NCBI GenBank assembly: GCA_963664705.1
Contig: OY761556.1
Span: forward strand, 288,001-352,000
From: Acidobacteriota bacterium
Lineage (GTDB): Bacteria; Acidobacteriota; UBA6911
DNA length: 64,000 nt
Direction of reading: 5' to 3'
The notes beneath the pieces were generated by a model. It was not told the DNA's origin. It worked only from the letters and a program-made list of their open reading frames with translations, and ran no database searches. Each line of letters starts with the position of its first letter. The first letter of the stretch is position 1. This document shows positions 1 to 8,656 of this stretch, piece after piece. The position numbers and the translations under genes were made by a program.

Positions 1-231
1 AAGGATGGGCTTGATTTTAAGGCTTACCTGAATTCCAACTCACTCGAAGTCAATCGTTCCTGTCGGGTGGAACCGGCGCTTGCGGATGCACAGCCCGGCG
101 GCCGCTATCAATTTGAAAGGCTCGGCTATTTCTGCGTGGATCCGGATTCCAAACCAGGGTCGCTGGTGTTTAACCGCACGGTTACCCTGCGGGATGCCTG
201 GGCAAAAATAGTAAAGAGCGGGAAACAGTAA
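1..231 (+). CDS. glnS: Glutaminyl-tRNA synthetase, C-terminal fragment (5' truncated by window)
   Basis: Frame 1 reads ...[35 protein letters not shown]...*, the typical GlnRS C-terminus; TAA at 229-231; adjacent to tRNA-Gln. Confidence 0.92.
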   Translation, partial: KDGLDFKAYLNSNSLEVNRSCRVEPALADAQPGGRYQFERLGYFCVDPDSKPGSLVFNRTVTLRDAWAKIVKSGKQ

Positions 232-249
232 AGACTCACCTATTTAGAC

Positions 250-278
250 TTGAAGTTAAGTACGGGTTTTTCTACAAT
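250..278 (+). promoter_or_regulatory. Sigma70-type promoter of tRNA-Gln
   Basis: TTGAAG-N17-TACAAT ending 11 nt before the tRNA 5' end. Confidence 0.7.
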
Positions 279-289
279 GACCCGAGCGC

Positions 290-363
290 TGGGAGATCGT
301 CTAATGGTAAGACGGGTGGCTCTGGACCATCTGATCGGGGTTCGAATCCCTGTCTCCCAGCCA
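290..363 (+). tRNA. tRNA-Gln(CTG)
   Basis: Acceptor stem TGGGAGA/TCTCCCA, D-loop TAATGGTAA, anticodon arm GGTGG-CTCTGGA-CCATC, T-loop TTCGAAT, encoded CCA. Confidence 0.97.
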
Positions 364-580
364 AAGTTTTTTTCTGCTTAATCCTCAATCACTTACAGCC
401 GCTATTTTTGCTTGATGTCCACAATTTCTGCTCGACGAATGTAAATTCTTCGCTGATCCCGCAATAAGTTGCATAGTGAGGGTTGATTCAGACGATTGCC
501 TATCCAACATGATTCAGGTTCCCGACGCGCCTTTACCGGCGGCGGAGGTTGCAGTCGTTTCCTATGTCCGGTTGCGCGAC
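344..580 (+). repeat. Direct repeat copy 1 (~237 bp) beginning with the 20-nt tRNA-Gln 3' end
   Basis: Matches 3509-3746 with about 4 substitutions and one 1-nt indel by manual alignment. Confidence 0.95.
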
Positions 581-780
581 AATTCATCCAAGTGACTAAT
601 CGATAGAAGGGTAATCTGGCAGGATGCTGAAGCTTTGCGCTTTGGACTCCATTCCGGGCAAAAGATAATTCCTTCAACCAACTGAAACAAAACCGAAGGG
701 AAATAAGAAGTTGGGATTATCCGTTCGTAGTCTGATTTCTTGCAGTTTTGCGGAAACTGCATCGAAAAGTTATGATGCAC

Positions 781-805
781 TGTAACCTTTTTCCTTCCTC
801 GCGAC
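781..805 (+). promoter_or_regulatory. Putative autoregulatory ECF promoter
   Basis: TGTAAC-N15-CGAC (ECF-type AAC/CG pattern) 10 nt upstream of the ECF sigma start. Confidence 0.5.
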
Positions 806-815
806 ATTATTAGTC

Positions 816-1451
816 ATGATGGATAGAACAACCGCTCAATCCGAGCCGGAAATCGATTATCGTCGGCTGCGCCTGCGAGATAATGAAGAGGTTGTTCGCT
901 GGTTTGACGCCTATTCCGATCCGGTTTACGGCTTCATCTTCTACCGCGTAGGACGGGATGCCGATTGGGCCAGCGACGTAGCCCAGGATACCTTTGTTAC
1001 AGCACTGGACACCATCGATCGATTTGACCCGCGCCGTGGCGAGATGTTTTCCTGGCTGACTCACATCGCCCGCAATTGCATCAGGAAGTCCCTGCGCAGA
1101 AAAAGCAGGGACAGCGCTCTGCCCGACTTCTGGAATACCGTCGATCATCAACTCAATAAAGCTCTAATCGATCTGAATTCGAGCATTCTGCCCGAGCAGC
1201 TACTAGAGAAGAAAGAGACAGCCGAGCTGGTACGCATGGCTCTGACCAATCTGCCGTTGCGCTATCAGGCGACTCTGCGCAGGCGCTACTTTGAGGACAT
1301 GTCGCTCCAGGAGATGGCCGCGTTTGAAGGGAGCAGCGAAGCGACGATGAAAGTGCTGCTCCACCGCGCCCGGCAGGCCTTTCGCACGGCATTTGAAACC
1401 ATCTCCGGCGCTTTATTCGAAGTGGAAGCAAGAGGGAGGAAGATTCCATGA
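816..1451 (+). CDS. ECF RNA polymerase sigma factor
   Basis: Region 2 (DVAQDTF, FSWLTHIARN) and region 4 HTH (MSLQEMAAFEGSSEATMKVLLHRAR); 211 aa. Confidence 0.93.
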   Translation: MMDRTTAQSEPEIDYRRLRLRDNEEVVRWFDAYSDPVYGFIFYRVGRDADWASDVAQDTFVTALDTIDRFDPRRGEMFSWLTHIARNCIRKSLRRKSRDSALPDFWNTVDHQLNKALIDLNSSILPEQLLEKKETAELVRMALTNLPLRYQATLRRRYFEDMSLQEMAAFEGSSEATMKVLLHRARQAFRTAFETISGALFEVEARGRKIP

Positions 1452-2746
1452 GCAACACGAATGAAACTCATGACCAAGGTTGCCTGGATAATAATTTGGA
1501 TCGGTTGCTCGAATTGGGCGAGCCGACTCCCGGGATGCCTGAAGATCTGAAAGCACGGATAAAGTCTAAATTAGTCAAAGCCGGACAGGAACCCGTGAAA
1601 AAAAGAATTTTTCCCGGCCGCTGGGCTGCGTGGCCTGTTGCTGCAACGATCCTGGCAGCCGTCATCCTGATTGTTCTTTGGTATGGCAACTCCTCCAAAG
1701 CTATCGCCTGGGCCGATGTTCAAAAACAGCTCATGCAGGTACACACGCTGACCTTCACAGCCCGTATCGAAACTTCATCCAATACGGGCGTGCCAATCAC
1801 CGAACAACTTTACAGGGTGTATCACCAGGATCCCGGGCTTTCGAGAAACGAGTTGTACGCCTCGAGAGCGGATATTGAGAGCGGCAAGCCCAAGTTCAAG
1901 TTGGTTAATATCTTCAGGCGAGATCACGATAGGGAAGAAATATTAAGACTATACCCGAATCCCCGTCGGGCAGAATGGAACACTATTATCTTCCATACCA
2001 ACGGCCGCGAGCTTCATTACTCTCCCCCTGTCGATCTGGCGGCTGTTAACTGGAAGTTGTTTAATCAGATCGCTGCTGATAAAACCCGGCGTATCGGCGA
2101 ACGGATAATTAATGGCATGGCCGCCGTTGGCTTCGAATTCGATGTGCCGGCCCGATGGAATATCGGCAATGCCGGGAAAGTCCAAGCGCAATTATGGGCT
2201 GGTCGTGACGACGGCAATGTCCTTTTTATAGAACTGAAGTATCGGAACGCCGAGGGACAGAATGTGAAAGCGGAGTACTTAGACATCCAATGGAATACTC
2301 CGCTGGAAACGGATCTATTCGATTTCGTCGTACCGGAGGGCTGGAAGGTCAGTCGAACCGAGACCGAATCGGCGGAATACGCCAATACCGGATTCGTTCC
2401 CGGTTTCATTCTGCAGATCGGCCCGGAAGGCAGGGAACCATTACTAGGAACAGGAGATGTGGCAGGGGTGGTCCGAGGAGAACAGATTACCCAGCCCGAT
2501 ACCGATATTCCGCGCGGAGTGCGAATTACAATCCAGTTGAGGCCGGAGGCGGTGCAGCGGCTGCGGGATTATGCTGATGCCAATCCGAGCACACTCATTG
2601 TCGCCGATTTCAATAGGCAGATAAAGGCCGTCCCGAGCCCGATTGGAACAGATTCCTCTCTGCTGAGCTTCGATCTTAGCTTACTAAACCTTTCTCTAGC
2701 CGAGCTGGAACAGAAATATTTCACAACCACTATCGAAAGGAAATAA
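1448..2746 (+). CDS. Putative membrane anti-sigma factor with LolA-like extracytoplasmic region and C-terminal SecDF-P1-head-like domain
   Basis: ATGA overlap with sigma gene; short N-terminal domain, one TM helix (VAATILAAVILIVLW), AWADV motif, LolA-like end (IQWNTPLETDLFDFVVPEGWKV). Confidence 0.7.
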   Translation: MSNTNETHDQGCLDNNLDRLLELGEPTPGMPEDLKARIKSKLVKAGQEPVKKRIFPGRWAAWPVAATILAAVILIVLWYGNSSKAIAWADVQKQLMQVHTLTFTARIETSSNTGVPITEQLYRVYHQDPGLSRNELYASRADIESGKPKFKLVNIFRRDHDREEILRLYPNPRRAEWNTIIFHTNGRELHYSPPVDLAAVNWKLFNQIAADKTRRIGERIINGMAAVGFEFDVPARWNIGNAGKVQAQLWAGRDDGNVLFIELKYRNAEGQNVKAEYLDIQWNTPLETDLFDFVVPEGWKVSRTETESAEYANTGFVPGFILQIGPEGREPLLGTGDVAGVVRGEQITQPDTDIPRGVRITIQLRPEAVQRLRDYADANPSTLIVADFNRQIKAVPSPIGTDSSLLSFDLSLLNLSLAELEQKYFTTTIERK

Positions 2747-2748
2747 CT

Positions 2749-3252
2749 ATGACCATCAGCATGCAATATGGAAAACCTCATCTTTGTGTTCATACAGTCC
2801 TGCTCTTTGCGGTTTTGGCGGTTATCTTCACAACCGCTCTCACAGCCGCAGTGTTAGCGGGCGACCAAACCGGAAAGCTTAATTTCGAACTCCGGCTCGC
2901 TTCATATCACAAAGTGGAGGGGTGGAACATGGTTGCCGGTCCCGGACCGGAGAAGACTCCCATATGGCTCTCGCCCGAAGTTGCTCTGACTAATTCCGAA
3001 ATAGCCCACGCCTGGCCTCAACCGGATGCAGACGGATTCGGTGTAGGATTTATGCTCACAGAGGAAGGGTCTCTGAAATTAGCGCGTCTAACCAAGTCTC
3101 ATATCGGCGAAAACGTGGCTATAATGCTCGACGGTCAGGTCACTGCTACCCCGAAAATCATGGCCGAAATTACCGGCGGACGAGCCATGATAAATGGCAA
3201 ATTTACTGAAGAATCAGCCGGATTGCTCGCGAAGCGGATCACGATGAAGTGA
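2749..3252 (+). CDS. Secreted stand-alone SecDF P1-head-like protein
   Basis: Signal/TM segment then LTEEGSLKLARLTKSHIGENVAIMLDGQVTATPKIMAEITGGRAMINGKFTEESA, the SecD P1-head signature; no SecD TM domain. Confidence 0.8.
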   Translation: MTISMQYGKPHLCVHTVLLFAVLAVIFTTALTAAVLAGDQTGKLNFELRLASYHKVEGWNMVAGPGPEKTPIWLSPEVALTNSEIAHAWPQPDADGFGVGFMLTEEGSLKLARLTKSHIGENVAIMLDGQVTATPKIMAEITGGRAMINGKFTEESAGLLAKRITMK

Positions 3253-3508
3253 TCATCTTCCGAATTGTGAAAAAAGGTCAGGAACGTGGATTTTACCAAA
3301 CAGCCACATCGTAAGATCAACACAAAGATTGATCCTGCTGGATGAGCTGATCCTCTGTATTGGCGAATTTGGTGTCCTTTTCTATCGCGTTCCAAAGCGA
3401 CTGGTGCGGTTAAATGGGAACCAATGAGACCGCAAATATCCCCTGCAAATCCGGCCTTGCCGAGCATATCTTCAAGAAGAATAGGAAGTTGCATTAAAAG
3501 GAGGACCG

Positions 3509-3746
3509 GAATCCCTGTCTCCCAGCCAAAGTTTTTTTCTGCTTAATCCTCAATCACTTACAGCCGCTATTTTTGCTTGATGCCTACAATTTCCGCTCGA
3601 CGAATGTAAATTCTTCGCTGATCCCGCAATAAGTTGCATAGTGATGGGTTGATTCAGACGATTGCCTATCCAACATGATTCAGGTTCCCGACGCGCCTTT
3701 ACCGGCGGCGGAGGTTGCAGTCGTTTCCTATGTCCGGTTACGCGAC
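3509..3746 (+). repeat. Direct repeat copy 2, including the tRNA-Gln 3' fragment GAATCCCTGTCTCCCAGCCA (3509-3528)
   Basis: Near-identical to 344-580. Confidence 0.95.
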
Positions 3747-3858
3747 CATCTGCCTAGTGACGGATTAATGAAAGGGTATATGCTTCAAGAATGTCGTGTA
3801 GGGCTTATTTCAGAATGAGCTGAGCCATTCAGCCAACGCTCTCGAAGGGAGAAGAATC

Positions 3859-5079
3859 ATGCGCGCATTATTATCGACAATCGGCTCGCAGGGCGATGTC
3901 CAGCCGCTAGTAGCGCTAGCGCTTCAGTTGAGGGCGATCGGCCAGGAGGTCCATTTGTGCGTACCGCCCGATTTTCGCGCTTGGCTCAATGGGCTGGGAT
4001 TGTCCATCACTCCTATCGGGCCCGAGGTGCGTTCGGCTGCAGCTAAACCAGCGGCGGCCCTCATTCCAACGCCCGAGCAACGTCATCAAATGATGAAAGA
4101 CATGGTCGCCATGCAATTCGACACAATCGCGGAAGCGGCCCAAAGCTGCGATATTATTTTGGCGGCAACTGCTTTGCAGATAGCTGCGCGATCAGTTGCG
4201 GAAAAAATTGGCATCCCCTATGTCTTCACAGCCTATAGCCCGATTGTTCTGCCTTCGCCTCTCCACGCCCCTCCGCCTCTACCACCTCTGCCCGGGCAGG
4301 CATCTCTGCCTCCCACGACGGATAATCGTGAACTTTGGGCGCGCGATACCAAACGCTTCAACGACGTTTTCGGCGCAGCGCTAGTAGCTCTGCGCACCTC
4401 AAAGGGCTTAGCCTCGGTCGGTGATGTGCGCAACCACATGTTTACCGACAGGCCTTGGCTGGCCGCAGACCTGGTATTGGCCCCCTGGCCTGACCCCGCA
4501 GACCAATTTGTGTTTCAGCCGGGCGCCTGGATTCTCCCGGATGAACGTCCGCTCCCTCCTGAGCTGAAGAAGTTTCTGGATGCCGGCGAACCGCCCGTCT
4601 ACTTCGGCTTCGGCAGTACGCGTGCACCAGCAGGCATCAGCCAGGTGATGATTCAGGCGGCACGCTCGATTGGGCGTCGCGTAATCATCTCTCAGGGTTG
4701 GGCTGACCTGTCGGTCGTGAACGACGAACCAGACTGCCAGGTCATCGGCGAAGTTAATCTTGTGGCGCTGTTCAAAAGGGTAGCCGTCATTGTTCACCAC
4801 GGCGGCGCCGGCACAACCACGCTGGCCGCGCGGGCAGGCAGACCCCAAGTCGCAATCCCGCAACTTTACGACCAACGCTACTGGGCCCACCGTATCCATC
4901 ACCTCGGTATCGGAATCGAGCACCCGGCCGGCACACCGACCGCTGACTCGCTGGTGGGCGCCCTTGAGCACGCTCTCCGCCCCGATGTTATTGCTCGAGC
5001 TAAATCCATCGCGGGCACGGTGCGCAGCGATGGTGCCCAGTTGGCCGCCCAGCGGTTGGTAGCAACCGCAAAGAGGTGA
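3859..5079 (+). CDS. GT1 glycosyltransferase, glycopeptide GtfA-E-like
   Basis: MRALLSTIGSQGDVQPLVALA, TDRPWLAAD, GAWILPDERPL, PPVYFGFGS, HHGGAGTT; RBS GGGAGAAG. Confidence 0.9.
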   Translation: MRALLSTIGSQGDVQPLVALALQLRAIGQEVHLCVPPDFRAWLNGLGLSITPIGPEVRSAAAKPAAALIPTPEQRHQMMKDMVAMQFDTIAEAAQSCDIILAATALQIAARSVAEKIGIPYVFTAYSPIVLPSPLHAPPPLPPLPGQASLPPTTDNRELWARDTKRFNDVFGAALVALRTSKGLASVGDVRNHMFTDRPWLAADLVLAPWPDPADQFVFQPGAWILPDERPLPPELKKFLDAGEPPVYFGFGSTRAPAGISQVMIQAARSIGRRVIISQGWADLSVVNDEPDCQVIGEVNLVALFKRVAVIVHHGGAGTTTLAARAGRPQVAIPQLYDQRYWAHRIHHLGIGIEHPAGTPTADSLVGALEHALRPDVIARAKSIAGTVRSDGAQLAAQRLVATAKR

Positions 5080-5364
5080 CCGCGGCTGGACATCAGATCG
5101 GAAATGGTCGTGTATCGTGCAAACCGGAGAAGTGTGTCGCATGAGTGCTCCGCATTTGGAGAGTATGCGGCACCTTTCTTGCCTTGATTGCCTCGTGGGT
5201 AATGGGGAATTCCCTAGAACGCCCGGGCTCTATTCCCAAGGACCGGCATACAATCTGGCATTTTCAGCAAGGTGGTATCCGTATACCCCGCGATTTATGC
5301 TGCTGGCTCAATTTTGTCGTTCAGCTCTATGGGATCAAGAAGGGCAGGAGCCAAAAGCGAAACC

Positions 5365-6210
5365 CTATTTTTTCTTTTTAGAGGATCGTTTATATACGCC
5401 AAGGCCGGGCTTATAGGATTTATCATCGAGAAATTGCTTGAAACCCTCTTCGTGCTCCTCCCCGGCAAACGACCAGAGTTGTTCCTGCTTCGATGTAAGG
5501 TATTCTTCAGAAAAATCCCAACTCAGTTCCTGGCTTCTCTTGAAGGAGTCTTTGGCCGCCTTTAATACCGCGGGACTTTTCTCGAGCAGGAGGTTGGCCA
5601 ATTCACGGACCCGTTCCCGAAGTCTTGCCAGCGGTACGGACTCGTTTACAAGACCCATCGAGGCTGCCTTTTTGCCATCGAACAACTGTCCCGTCATGAC
5701 ATAGTACAATCCATCGCGGGAGCGCATCGTTTCGGCCACTGCTTTGCTGACATTTCCTGCAGGAATTATGCCCCAATTTATCTCAGATAACCCGAATTGC
5801 GCTTCGTCCGCCGCAATTGCCAGATCGCAGGAAACGATCGGGATAAAGGCCCCGCCCAATGCCCAGCCATTGACCATTGCAATCGTCGATTTTTCGAAAT
5901 AACGCAGCCGGCGCCAGGCCCATTCGTAATTGATTCGCCGGGCCTTGATGGTTGCGATGCGCGGACGCTTCTTCATATCCCGGAAGTACTCTTTGATATC
6001 CATGCCTGCGGAGAATGCCTGGCCTGCTCCCGTAAGCACCATGACTCCGCAATCGTCATTTGCTTCAACCTCATCGAAAATCTCCAGCATCCGCGTGGCA
6101 AGCGCCGGGTTGATGGCATTGCGTTTTTCCGGCCGGTTGATCGTGACCCACGCCACTCCCCGATCGTATTCAAGTTTTACAATATTCTTCTCATCTGCTT
6201 TGGATTTCAT
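5365..6210 (-). CDS. Hydroxycinnamoyl-CoA hydratase-lyase (crotonase family) homologue
   Basis: NRPEKRNA, AGMDIKEYF, FGLSEINWGIIP, C-terminal QFLDDKSYKPGL; start moved to ATG 6210 behind a GGGGAGA RBS. Confidence 0.85.
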   Translation of the reverse strand: MKSKADEKNIVKLEYDRGVAWVTINRPEKRNAINPALATRMLEIFDEVEANDDCGVMVLTGAGQAFSAGMDIKEYFRDMKKRPRIATIKARRINYEWAWRRLRYFEKSTIAMVNGWALGGAFIPIVSCDLAIAADEAQFGLSEINWGIIPAGNVSKAVAETMRSRDGLYYVMTGQLFDGKKAASMGLVNESVPLARLRERVRELANLLLEKSPAVLKAAKDSFKRSQELSWDFSEEYLTSKQEQLWSFAGEEHEEGFKQFLDDKSYKPGLGVYKRSSKKKK

Positions 6211-6377
6211 GACATTCTCCCCAAAAACAAAATTGTATCCTGTCCGGCGCCGTCGGGTTTTCCCCGACCCGTTGAATCTGCTTGACCCAATCAGTACAAC
6301 GGTATCAAAGTACCTGCCGTAGCGTGCACCCGCAAGAGCATTGAGTAAACCGATGTGCCATCCGAAAGGAAAGAGTG

Positions 6378-6851
6378 ATGAAACGATCTGTTGTCGTGAT
6401 TGTTTTTCTTTTGGCGGCGGTGGCCATGACCGCCATGGCTGCAGACCCATGGAACGGGACATGGAAGATAAACCCGGCCAAATCCAAAGCCCCGGGAGGC
6501 CGGCTGCCCCACCCAAGCTCCACCAATATAATCGAAATCCAGGGGGAAACGATGCACCTGATTTCCAACCAGACGGATGGAACGGGGAAACTGGAGCGCG
6601 TGGAGTATACTGCGGCATTCGACGGTAAGGAATATCCTGTTAAATCGGTGCCGCCGGGGCCTCAGCCCTATACGATCTCGCTGAAACGGATCGATGCGCG
6701 CACGCGGGAATTTGTTGAGATTATCGGCAAATTTACTATTAAGGGTCGGGATGTCCTCTCTGCGGACGGCAAGAGCTTTGATCGCATTGTAAACAGCAAG
6801 GATGCTGAGGGCCACGACACCAGCGTGATTCAGGTCTTCGACCGACAGTAG
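6378..6851 (+). CDS. Secreted beta-barrel (lipocalin-like) hypothetical protein
   Basis: Signal peptide (AMA-AD) followed by DPWNGTWKINPAKSK and FDGKEYP; RBS AAGGA. Confidence 0.7.
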   Translation: MKRSVVVIVFLLAAVAMTAMAADPWNGTWKINPAKSKAPGGRLPHPSSTNIIEIQGETMHLISNQTDGTGKLERVEYTAAFDGKEYPVKSVPPGPQPYTISLKRIDARTREFVEIIGKFTIKGRDVLSADGKSFDRIVNSKDAEGHDTSVIQVFDRQ

Positions 6852-6902
6852 CGCTGCTGCCCCACTTCCGCCGTATTGTCAGTTGTTGATTCTGCCGGAT
6901 GG

Positions 6903-6936
6903 ATGGATCCCATAGTGTCCGAACCATGGGATCCAT
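6903..6936. terminator. Hairpin between convergent genes
   Basis: ATGGATCCCAT / ATGGGATCCAT 11-bp inverted repeat; no canonical U-tract. Confidence 0.45.
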
Positions 6937-6962
6937 AAAAGGCCTGTTTTGTCGTGCTTCAT

Positions 6963-8480
6963 TTAAGGCATTAACAGATTCTTTGTCGCGAAGTACGGCT
7001 CGGTGGTCAGATTTACGCCAAGCTTACGCAGGCCTGCTTCATCTCCGGCCGTGGGAATGTGGGTCATATGAACTTCACAGCCGCGCAAGTCCGTCAGCTT
7101 TTCGATCGCCATTTGCGCGGCCGGGTTATTGGCGGCGCTGATGCTTAGCGCGATCAGGGTTTCCTCGAGGTCGAGACTCACGGATTTCTCCTGGAGAATA
7201 TCTGTCTTCAGGCTGCGCACCGAATCGGTAATGGATTTTGGCAGCAGTTTGATTTTGCTCGGGATGTCGGCAAGGCGTTTGATGGCATTCAGGATTAGGC
7301 TTGAGGATGCATGCATCAGCGGCGAATTGTTGCCGGTGATGATGGTTCCATCCTTGAGTTGAATGGCCGCGCCACAGAAAATGCCTTCATTCCCCTTCTC
7401 CTGTACCTGAGCCTGCCGGGCGGCTTCCCAGGAGGGAGCCACGACTATGCGGTCTTCCGGTTTCAGTCCCAGATCTTTCAAGAACAGCTCGACGCGCTGT
7501 ACCGTCTCCTTGTCGGTCAATCCCATCGCATATTCGCAGCGGTAGCGGAAGCACCTGCGGATGATCTCCTGTCTCGAAGCTTCTCCTGTTACATCGTCGT
7601 CGATGATGGCAAAGCCAGCTTTGTTGACGCCCATGTCGGTTGGAGACTGGTAAAAGGATTTTCCTCCCGTGATCTTGCCCATGATCCGTTTAACGACGGG
7701 AAATACTTCCACGTCGCGATTGTAGTTGACGGCAGTTTTTCCGTAGGCTTCCAGGTGAAATGGATCGATCAGGTTGAAGTCGCGGATATCCGCCGTGGCG
7801 GCCTCGTACGCTACATTTACTGGGTGCGTGAGCGGTAGATTCCATATTGGAAATGTCTCGAACTTGGCATACCCGGCCTTAACGCCCCGGCGGTATTCGT
7901 GGTAAAGCTGAGACAGGCAGGTCGCAAGTTTTCCGCTGCCGGGTCCGGGGCCGGTCACAATTACCAGCGGCTTTTCGGTCTCGATATACGGATTCTTTCC
8001 ATACCCTTCATCGCTCACGATCGATTCGACATCGGTTGGATACCCTTTCGTGAAGCTGTGGGTGAAGACTTGGATATTTCTTCGCTCCAGTTTATTTTTG
8101 AAGAGGGTTGCCGCCGGCTGATGGTCGAAGCGCGTGATGATGACTCCGCGTACGTTGATGCCCCAATGACGGAGATCGTCGATCAGCTTCATGGCATCCG
8201 CATCGTAGGTGATGCCAAAATCCGCCCTGATCTTCTTGCGCTCGATGTCTCCTGCATAGATGCACAGTAGAATATCGGCTTTCTCCTTGAGTTCCCGGAT
8301 CAGCCGCATTTTCACATTCGGATCATAGCCGGGGAGCACACGGGATGCGTGATAGTCGAACAAAAGCTTCCCGCCGAATTCGAGATAGAGCTTATTGTCG
8401 AATCGCTCCACCCGCTGGGTAATCTCCACCATTTGCTCGCGTATGTATCGTTCATTGTCAAATCCGATTCTGACGGGCAT
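6963..8480 (-). CDS. UPF0371/DUF1846 family P-loop protein
   Basis: GFDNERY, KLYLEFGGKL, GPGPGSGKLATCLSQLYH, KFETFPIWNLPL; start taken at MPVRIG. Confidence 0.9.
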   Translation of the reverse strand: MPVRIGFDNERYIREQMVEITQRVERFDNKLYLEFGGKLLFDYHASRVLPGYDPNVKMRLIRELKEKADILLCIYAGDIERKKIRADFGITYDADAMKLIDDLRHWGINVRGVIITRFDHQPAATLFKNKLERRNIQVFTHSFTKGYPTDVESIVSDEGYGKNPYIETEKPLVIVTGPGPGSGKLATCLSQLYHEYRRGVKAGYAKFETFPIWNLPLTHPVNVAYEAATADIRDFNLIDPFHLEAYGKTAVNYNRDVEVFPVVKRIMGKITGGKSFYQSPTDMGVNKAGFAIIDDDVTGEASRQEIIRRCFRYRCEYAMGLTDKETVQRVELFLKDLGLKPEDRIVVAPSWEAARQAQVQEKGNEGIFCGAAIQLKDGTIITGNNSPLMHASSSLILNAIKRLADIPSKIKLLPKSITDSVRSLKTDILQEKSVSLDLEETLIALSISAANNPAAQMAIEKLTDLRGCEVHMTHIPTAGDEAGLRKLGVNLTTEPYFATKNLLMP

Positions 8481-8656
8481 GAGTACTTTTGAACCCTCCT
8501 GGGATGTGTATGAGTAATATGGAATGACGAATTTATAACGGTATCCGTGAACTATCTTCAACTACTAAATATGAAAATCCTATTGCGGGCCCGGTAATGA
8601 TCAAATGCCAGATCGTGTTGTCCCGCATTGGGCTTCCTAGGACTTGCCTGCTTTGA

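Larger units (their letters stand above)
364..3528. mobile_element. Putative non-autonomous tRNA-integrated cassette (att-like cores 344-363 and 3509-3528)
   Basis: Duplicated tRNA 3' end flanks a three-gene ECF module; no integrase inside. Confidence 0.55.

Noticed and set aside
521-600. Canonical integron attC site
   Set aside because: A hairpin is present but the RYYYAAC and GTTRRRY boxes are missing and there is no intI; kept only as an unexplained hairpin.
3135-3494. 119-aa minus-strand ORF next to repeat copy 2 as an excisionase or integrase remnant
   Set aside because: No HTH or recombinase motif recognisable, and it overlaps the P1-head gene.
3509-3528. Second tRNA-Gln gene
   Set aside because: Only the 3' 20 nt are present, with no D or anticodon arm.
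6211-6618. N-terminal extension of the crotonase (417-aa ORF)
   Set aside because: It overlaps a credible + strand secreted protein; crotonase homology and the RBS begin at 6210.
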